Assembly (NCBI GenBank): GCA_965657355.1
Contig: CBFHOE010000007.1
Span: 192,001 to 256,000, forward strand
Source: Limisphaerales bacterium
GTDB lineage: Bacteria > Verrucomicrobiota > Verrucomicrobiia > Limisphaerales > JAJOIW01
Length of the DNA: 64,000 nucleotides
Direction: 5' to 3'
Position numbers and translations under genes: made by a program. Below, one piece after another: positions 57,627 to 64,000 of the stretch; the first letter of the stretch is position 1; the number at the start of each line of letters is the position of its first letter. The notes beneath the pieces are model-generated. The model was given only the letters and a program-made list of their open reading frames with translations. It was not told the origin of the DNA and searched no databases.

Positions 57627-59129
57627 TTAAGTATTTTCTTTGTCGTTATCCTGAAAGAGCTCCATCTGTAGTTTTTGAACATCGATCTGGTCTACAAGAG
57701 AGGAAGATGAGTGAGTTCTAGTTTCGATAATATCTTTTGTGAAATTTGCATCATATGGAACGGGGTAGTTTCCATCATAACAAGCCATACAAAACTTTTC
57801 TGCCCCCCCACCACATGCATCCAACATCCCATCAATACTCAGGTAGTTTACAGAATCCGCATCCAGGTATTTTGCAATTTCTTCAAGTGATTTGTTGGAT
57901 GCCATCAATTTCGTTTTGTCTGGAAAATCGATTCCATAATAGCAGGGATTTTTGTGAGGAGGACAGCTCACGAGGATGTGCACTTCCGTTGCTCCCGCTT
58001 CCTTTAAACTATTGACGTGGGCTTTACTCGTTGTTCCTCTTACAATCGAGTCGTCGATAATAACTACTTTCTTGCCGGCAACAAGTTCCCGAATTAGGTT
58101 GAGTTTAACCTTTACGTTAAAGTCTCGAATTAATTGTGATGGCTGCAAGAAGCTACGTCCCACATAATGATTTCGTACGAAGGCCATCTCAAAAGGAATA
58201 TTACTTTCCAGTGAATAGCCAAGAGCAGCGCAATTACCGCTATCCGGTATGGGAACAACAATATCCGCATCGATAGGGTTTTCACGGGCTAGCTGTCGCC
58301 CCATATCAACTCTGGTCTGGTAAACACTCTTACCACCCAAAACACTATCCGGTCTGGAAAAATAGACATGCTCAAATATACAAAAAGATTTCCTTTGCTG
58401 ACCTGATGCATACTTCAAACTGCGGAGGCCCTTTGAATCAATGATGACAATTTCCCCCGGCTCAACATCGCGAATATATTCTGCTTGAATCAAATCAAAC
58501 GCACAGGTTTCACTTGACAAAACATACCCACCTTCAAGCTTGGCAATAGAAAGCGGCCGGAACCCCTGAGGGTCTCTTATTCCTATCAAGGCATCTTTAG
58601 TCATGAGGACTAGTGAGAAGGCTCCCTCTATCTTTTGGATCGCATTGACTAAATTAATGGGTTGATTCGATTCTTCTCCCTGCGGCTGGGCTAACAAATG
58701 AAGAATAATTTCACTGTCTATAGTGGTCTGGAATATCGATCCATTTTGCTCAAGTTCCCATCTCAATCGGGCAGCGTTGGTTAAATTACCATTGTGTGCA
58801 ATAGCCACCTTACCTTTATAAAAATCAACAATGAGAGGTTGAGCATTAGAAGCTTCTGAAGAACCAGTTGTAGAATATCTTGTATGACCAATAGCAAGAT
58901 CTCCCTTCAACTCCGAAAGAACATTTCCTCGAAACACGTTGGAAACCAACCCCATCCCTCGATGATTATGAAACTCTCCTTGCTCATCGCAGGATACTAT
59001 ACCAGCGCTTTCCTGTCCTCTATGCTGAAGAGCGAACAAGCCATAGTAGGCTAACCGAGCGGCATCAGAGTGTCCCCAGACACCAAATACTCCGCAATAA
59101 TGCTTGGGATATTCTTGTTCAACTTCCAT
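57627..59129 (-). CDS. purF: Amidophosphoribosyltransferase
   Basis: CGVFG after propeptide, LQHRGQESAG, HTRYSTTG, IDDSIVRGTT, PC-YGID, C-ACY. Confidence 0.97.
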   Translation of the reverse strand: MEVEQEYPKHYCGVFGVWGHSDAARLAYYGLFALQHRGQESAGIVSCDEQGEFHNHRGMGLVSNVFRGNVLSELKGDLAIGHTRYSTTGSSEASNAQPLIVDFYKGKVAIAHNGNLTNAARLRWELEQNGSIFQTTIDSEIILHLLAQPQGEESNQPINLVNAIQKIEGAFSLVLMTKDALIGIRDPQGFRPLSIAKLEGGYVLSSETCAFDLIQAEYIRDVEPGEIVIIDSKGLRSLKYASGQQRKSFCIFEHVYFSRPDSVLGGKSVYQTRVDMGRQLARENPIDADIVVPIPDSGNCAALGYSLESNIPFEMAFVRNHYVGRSFLQPSQLIRDFNVKVKLNLIRELVAGKKVVIIDDSIVRGTTSKAHVNSLKEAGATEVHILVSCPPHKNPCYYGIDFPDKTKLMASNKSLEEIAKYLDADSVNYLSIDGMLDACGGGAEKFCMACYDGNYPVPYDANFTKDIIETRTHSSSSLVDQIDVQKLQMELFQDNDKENT

Positions 59130-59130
59130 G

Positions 59131-61464
59131 TCAGTTGTCCATGTGATTACCGATGGTATTCCACCATGTTTTATGCAGAGAATCTAGAGGCGAGCTGCAT
59201 ATATGCTGTCCACCGATTGAGAGTTTAAATTCTTTTGCCTCTGTTGTGGAGCCAATCTTTGTTATTGAAATTCCAGAGGGAATAGAATTGAGAATTTCTT
59301 TAGCTTTTAAGGGTTGGACCTCGATAATTATTCGTGATTGTCTCTCACCGAAAAGAAGTGCGTCTAGTCTATCGCCGGCAAGCCCTCGTTCCTTCAAAGG
59401 GCCCAGTTCCAGTTCCACTCCAATAAGTTGAGGAAGGTTGCGAGAGAAATTCGAAGATATTGACATTTCAATAATACTATTTAAAAGCCCACCATCGCTG
59501 CAGTCATGAGCTGCATTAATCAATCCTTTAGATACCCAACCACGGTATGTTTCGTGAATGAGGGATTCATCATCTAAAGAGCAAGGTGAAGGACGGCCGT
59601 GTTTTCTTCCATGAATACAATTCAGGAATGCTGATCCGCCAAGACCATACCAGTCATCCGCTTTAAACTGACTTGGCTCTATCAAGAACAACTCGCTATC
59701 CGAGGATTTGAACCATTGTGTAATGATATGATCTTTGCTCTCAAACAGTCCCACAACACCAACAACAGGAGTTGGATCAATAGCACCGCTTGGGTTTTGA
59801 TTATAAAGACTCACATTTCCTCCAGTCACCGGGATATTGAAATGTTGACATGCATCGCTCATTCCGTGAACCGCTTCCTTTAACTGAAAAAATAATTCAG
59901 GGTTGTGAGGATTACCAAAATTTAGATTGTCGGTGACACCAATCGGACGGGCCCCTGAAACGGCAATATTACGGCATGCCTCTGCCACGGCAATCTTCCC
60001 TCCTTCGTATGGATCGAGATAAGAATACACGCCATTGCCGTCCACAGTCATAGCTATATACTTATCAGGAAATTCTCTTTTTTCCCCACCAGGAAGCACT
60101 GGCATTGAATCTTCCTTTATCCGAACAACTGCAGCATCACTACCAGGTAATACAACAGAACCATTCCTCACCATATGATCATACTGCCGATAGACCCAAT
60201 TCTTTGAACTTATGGTTGGAAAGGCAAGCAACTGGCTTAATGCACTTATTACTGAGCCAGCATCTAGATCTTGAATTTCATCTACTTGGAATGATCGTGT
60301 TTTTGCGAAATATTCGGGCTCTTTTGATTCTCGATGGTAAATAGGAGCTTCATCTGCCAATCGAGCTGCTGGAATGTCAGCAACAATCTCACCACTGTGT
60401 TTGACAATCATTTGACCAGTATCGGTGACAACGCCAACTTCAGACCAAGGTAAATCCCATTTATCAAAAACCTTCTTAACCTCATCTTCTCGACCTTTAT
60501 GAATGATGATTAACATCCGCTCCTGTGACTCGCTGAGCATGATTTCATAAGAGGACATACCCGGCCCTCGCTGCGGCACCTTATCAAGCTCTATTTCGAT
60601 TCCGGTCCCAGCCCTACTGGCTGTTTCACATGTTGAGCAAGTCAACCCTGCAGCTCCCATATCCTGAATTCCCGCCACGGCACCTGTGGCAAGAAGTTCT
60701 AAGCATGCTTCCATCACCAATTTTTCCATGAATGGATCACCCACTTGGACGGCCCCTCTTTGATGCTCAGCAGACTCTTCAGTAAGGTCTTGTGAGGCAA
60801 AAGCAGCGCCAGCCAAACCATCCCGTCCAGTAGCTGGGCCAACATAGAAAACAGGGTTACCCACACCCTCTGCAGCCCCTCTTGCAATCTGGTCTGTATA
60901 AAGTGCACCCAATGCGAAAGCATTTACCAACGGGTTACCTTCGTAAGATTTATCGAAGCAAACCTCACCAGCAATGGTAGGTATACCAAAGCAATTACCG
61001 TAGTGGGCTATACCTTCGACGACACCTCGAAACAACCTTCTGACCTCGGCTGATTCCAATGATCCAAAACGGAGGGAATTCATACCACAAATTGGACGCG
61101 CGCCCATTGTAAAAATATCTCTTAAAATCCCACCAACACCCGTCGCTGCTCCTTGGAATGGCTCAACGGCACTGGGGTGATTGTGTGACTCAATCTTAAA
61201 TGCAATGGCTACTCCATCTCCAATGTCCAAAATCCCTGCATTCTCTTCACCTGCTGCAACAAGGACTTCCTTTGATTTTGTTGGAAATGACTTTAAGAGT
61301 GGACGAGTGTTTTTGTAGGAACAGTGTTCACTCCACATCACTGAGAAAATTCCTAACTCAGTAATGTTTGGCTCGCGCCCGAGTATATTCAAAATCTGAG
61401 CATACTCCTCGGATGTGAGTCCATGCTTTTCTATCAATTCAGGGGTAATTTTTGGCTCAGCCAT
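59131..61464 (-). CDS. purL: FGAM synthase subunit PurL (small type)
   Basis: [47 protein letters not shown]. Confidence 0.97.
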   Translation of the reverse strand: MAEPKITPELIEKHGLTSEEYAQILNILGREPNITELGIFSVMWSEHCSYKNTRPLLKSFPTKSKEVLVAAGEENAGILDIGDGVAIAFKIESHNHPSAVEPFQGAATGVGGILRDIFTMGARPICGMNSLRFGSLESAEVRRLFRGVVEGIAHYGNCFGIPTIAGEVCFDKSYEGNPLVNAFALGALYTDQIARGAAEGVGNPVFYVGPATGRDGLAGAAFASQDLTEESAEHQRGAVQVGDPFMEKLVMEACLELLATGAVAGIQDMGAAGLTCSTCETASRAGTGIEIELDKVPQRGPGMSSYEIMLSESQERMLIIIHKGREDEVKKVFDKWDLPWSEVGVVTDTGQMIVKHSGEIVADIPAARLADEAPIYHRESKEPEYFAKTRSFQVDEIQDLDAGSVISALSQLLAFPTISSKNWVYRQYDHMVRNGSVVLPGSDAAVVRIKEDSMPVLPGGEKREFPDKYIAMTVDGNGVYSYLDPYEGGKIAVAEACRNIAVSGARPIGVTDNLNFGNPHNPELFFQLKEAVHGMSDACQHFNIPVTGGNVSLYNQNPSGAIDPTPVVGVVGLFESKDHIITQWFKSSDSELFLIEPSQFKADDWYGLGGSAFLNCIHGRKHGRPSPCSLDDESLIHETYRGWVSKGLINAAHDCSDGGLLNSIIEMSISSNFSRNLPQLIGVELELGPLKERGLAGDRLDALLFGERQSRIIIEVQPLKAKEILNSIPSGISITKIGSTTEAKEFKLSIGGQHICSSPLDSLHKTWWNTIGNHMDN

Positions 61465-61559
61465 GGCTAAGTTTAAAAAAGTTTATGACTTAATGGATTT
61501 AAGTTTAATGTTAATCAAAAGTTAAGTTGCTCTAAGGTGTGAATTTCTTTCCCAAAGAA

Positions 61560-62270
61560 CTAGGCCTTCAAGTTACATGCGTCCTCAAAAGACCTGATCA
61601 TTGATTCAAAAATTTTCTTTCCTGTAGATTCCCCCAGTATATCTTCCGAGGCCCTCTCGGGGTGAGGCATCAAGCCTGCCACGTTACCAGCAATATTACT
61701 TACTCCAGCAATGTTTAAAATAGAACCATTTGGGTTAGTCGATGATGAAATTTGCCCGAAAGAATCGCAATATCTCCATAGAATTTGATTATTATTCTCC
61801 AATTGTTCCAAACCTGGTTCATCAATATAATAACATCCCTCACCGTGCGCTATCGGGCAGTGAATGAGTTCACCTTCAAAGATCGCCTTGTTAAATGGCG
61901 ATTGGAGGTTCTCTGGCTTCAAATACACATGTTCACATATGAAGCGAAGATCTCGATTACGCACCAGAGCCCCTGGCAATAACCCCGATTCCGTAAGTAT
62001 TTGAAAACCATTGCATATTCCCAACACCAAGCCACCATTGTCAGCGAACTCTTTGAGAGCACTCATGACCGGACTGCATTTCGCAATGGCGCCACATCTC
62101 AGATAATCCCCATAACTAAAGCCACCGGGAACGATGACGGCATCTACGCTCCGAATGGCTTTTTCTTTGTGCCACAAATAACTGGCTGGGTAGCCAAGCA
62201 CATTACTGATGACGTGAAGGCAATCCTGATCACAATTTGATCCAGGAAACTGGAGGACCGCAAACTTCAT
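61560..62270 (-). CDS. purQ: FGAM synthase glutaminase subunit
   Basis: FPGSNC, GGFSYGDYLR, GICNGFQ, MPHPER. Confidence 0.97.
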   Translation of the reverse strand: MKFAVLQFPGSNCDQDCLHVISNVLGYPASYLWHKEKAIRSVDAVIVPGGFSYGDYLRCGAIAKCSPVMSALKEFADNGGLVLGICNGFQILTESGLLPGALVRNRDLRFICEHVYLKPENLQSPFNKAIFEGELIHCPIAHGEGCYYIDEPGLEQLENNNQILWRYCDSFGQISSSTNPNGSILNIAGVSNIAGNVAGLMPHPERASEDILGESTGKKIFESMIRSFEDACNLKA

Positions 62271-62509
62271 GAAGGATCAATTTCGAGAACGTAATCCTCG
62301 ATAACCGGATTAGTTAAAAATTTACGACATGCCTCATCCATGGATGCCCGAACAGTTTCTTCGTCGCCATCGATCTCGAATTCAAGATATTTTCCTACGT
62401 GGACAGCGCTGATGCCATCGTGACCGAAGTGCTCAAGTGCATTCTGAACTGTCTTTCCTTGTGGATCGAAAACCGCTTTCTTTGGAGTGATAATTACGCG
62501 TGCTTTCAT
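62267..62509 (-). CDS. purS: FGAM synthase subunit PurS
   Basis: DPQG, GK, L-NPVIE; ATGA overlap with purQ. Confidence 0.95.
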   Translation of the reverse strand: MKARVIITPKKAVFDPQGKTVQNALEHFGHDGISAVHVGKYLEFEIDGDEETVRASMDEACRKFLTNPVIEDYVLEIDPS

Positions 62510-62616
62510 TAAAATTTATTTGGCCATTCTGCAGAATTTGTGTGACATATTAGCGAAAGAATTTAAGAACTCCAGCGATTTGTCATAAGTTCCCTGGCTC
62601 GATATGCAAATAAGAA

Positions 62617-63528
62617 TTATGTGGAGACACCATCAGAGCTCTCATCGACTTTAGATTTTTCAGCAATGGCGTTTCTAGCAGCCTCCGCTTTGGCAGAAGC
62701 CTCTACAGCCCTTTTCTGTATCTCTTCTTGGGAGGGCAGTGACAAAAGGACTTCAGGGGGAATATCAGCATCCTTTTGTAGTTTAACTAAACATTTCTGC
62801 CGTTCATTTAATGCCTTACTAGAATCCCGTTCTTTGGAAAATCTAGACTTAGCTCTCTCTGAGCGTTCTCTGAGCATGTCATATATATCCCCGCCAAGGA
62901 GCGATGAAATATCCACCTTCATTTTCTCCCTTTGCATATCTTCGGCGCTGACCTGATCTCCATTGATTGGCCCGGATTTATATTTGGGAAACATAATTGC
63001 CGCTTCTGGGCAAACCCTCGAGCACGCTGGACAATTTGTTTTACAGTTGTCTTGGTTTTGAACCTGAATCTGTTGCTCTGACGAAACTCCATAAACACCA
63101 AATAAACAGAAACTTAAACACTGCATGCAATTGGTGCACCGATCGTAATCGATTACAGGGAACCATGGTTTCCACGTTTTGTGATTAAAAAGGTTATTCT
63201 CAGCTCGGATTCTTTCGCTTAATTCACCCACCGCTTGAGAGAGACCGGCCCCAGCATCCATAGACGATAAATCGTAAACATTTGTCTCTTCATTTGCTTC
63301 AAGCAGATTTAATTCTTCCGGTGTTTTCCCGCCGAAATTGCCGATAACCAAAGTTCTGATACGCTCTCCTATTTGCTGCATATTTCGAGGGTCAAAAAGC
63401 CTCGTTACGGCAAAGCCTCTACCTAGCAACTCTCCCACAATGGAAAAGCGATTATCATCGCTAAGCGAATGTGTTCCAGCTCCTTCATAAATTATGACCC
63501 TCAGGGACTTGCTTGCCGCTAAACTCAT
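62617..63528 (-). CDS. Dicluster [4Fe-4S] ferredoxin-domain protein with extra N- and C-terminal regions
   Basis: WFPVIDYDR-CTNCMQCLSFC and CKTNCPACSRVCP-AIMFPK. Confidence 0.85.
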   Translation of the reverse strand: MSLAASKSLRVIIYEGAGTHSLSDDNRFSIVGELLGRGFAVTRLFDPRNMQQIGERIRTLVIGNFGGKTPEELNLLEANEETNVYDLSSMDAGAGLSQAVGELSERIRAENNLFNHKTWKPWFPVIDYDRCTNCMQCLSFCLFGVYGVSSEQQIQVQNQDNCKTNCPACSRVCPEAAIMFPKYKSGPINGDQVSAEDMQREKMKVDISSLLGGDIYDMLRERSERAKSRFSKERDSSKALNERQKCLVKLQKDADIPPEVLLSLPSQEEIQKRAVEASAKAEAARNAIAEKSKVDESSDGVST

Positions 63529-63602
63529 CAGTTACTTCTATTTGGTTGTTTTATAAATCGGTAATCGTTTAGTTGGAAAAAATCACGCTCAAGATTATCA
63601 TT

Positions 63603-63998
63603 CTAATCAGATTCTTCAATTATTTCGACAGGAGCTTTTCCTTTCCCTTCAGGTAAATTGGATTCAAATTTGTCGCTCATGATATCATTTAAAACAACTG
63701 ATGCTGTTTGAGACCGCATGTTGCATACCTGAACGGCTGTAACATCAAAGTTTCTACCAGTTGAATTTAAGAGCCATTTGACCGCCCTGGGGTAGCAAGC
63801 TGCCACTTTAATCTTCTTCCCATCTGCAATAGAGGCAAGGTCCGGATCTCTTCTTGCTGCCATTTCACATAAATCTGAAACCGCTTCCCATTCAACATCA
63901 GCACGGCACAAACCCTCTAATACCTCTTTTTTCACATCTTCGGGTACGATTTTCGCGTGCGCACAATGGCAGTAAATCACTCTACAGTTTTGCCCCAT
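63603..63998 (-). CDS. Small Cys-rich protein resembling the N-terminal Fe-S domain of HdrA
   Basis: IYCHC, DLC, VAACYPR, NMR. ATG is 2 nt from the window edge, so the start is uncertain. Confidence 0.65.
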   Translation of the reverse strand: MGQNCRVIYCHCAHAKIVPEDVKKEVLEGLCRADVEWEAVSDLCEMAARRDPDLASIADGKKIKVAACYPRAVKWLLNSTGRNFDVTAVQVCNMRSQTASVVLNDIMSDKFESNLPEGKGKAPVEIIEESD

Positions 63999-64000
63999 AC

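Noticed and set aside
61465..61559. AAGTT(T) repeats between purQ and purL
   Set aside because: Short, irregularly spaced and in AT-rich DNA.
62617..63528. HgcB mercury-methylation ferredoxin
   Set aside because: Much longer than HgcB, lacks the terminal Cys pair, and has no hgcA neighbour.
1..64000. CRISPR array, rRNA, tRNA, IS/integrase, prophage or defence genes
   Set aside because: No spaced direct repeats, tRNA-like arms, or transposase/integrase/phage/defence motifs seen by eye; intergenic gaps are short.

Overview
Gene-dense, moderately AT-rich bacterial chromosome segment with about 49 CDSs. Gene content (DUF1592/DUF1552 pair, CotH/lamin-tail giant protein, DUF1080, CehA/McbA-like hydrolase, sulfatase) suggests a PVC-superphylum organism, probably a verrucomicrobium; this is inferred, not searched. 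Housekeeping blocks are sucA-[BON]-sucB-lpdA, ppi-small ORF-nudix-priA, purS-purQ-purL-purF, ilvA, ygfZ, alr and mtnP. Accessory content includes a CE15 esterase (off the left edge, missed by the ORF track), a clan GH-A-like secreted protein, a bacterial myo-inositol oxygenase, and nickel-pincer genes larB-larC and larA, with no larE in the window. I found no rRNA, tRNA, CRISPR array or mobile element. Best candidates for something undescribed: (1) a stand-alone HdrA-N-terminal-like Cys protein plus an atypical dicluster ferredoxin at the right edge, in an apparently O2-using host; (2) a window-wide -10 box 6-7 nt before start codons, implying many leaderless mRNAs; (3) a membrane-anchored BON gene inside the 2-oxoglutarate dehydrogenase operon; (4) a possible inositol/sugar-acid link between MIOX, a lactonase and the LarA system. 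All family calls are by eye from motifs; no database search was run.
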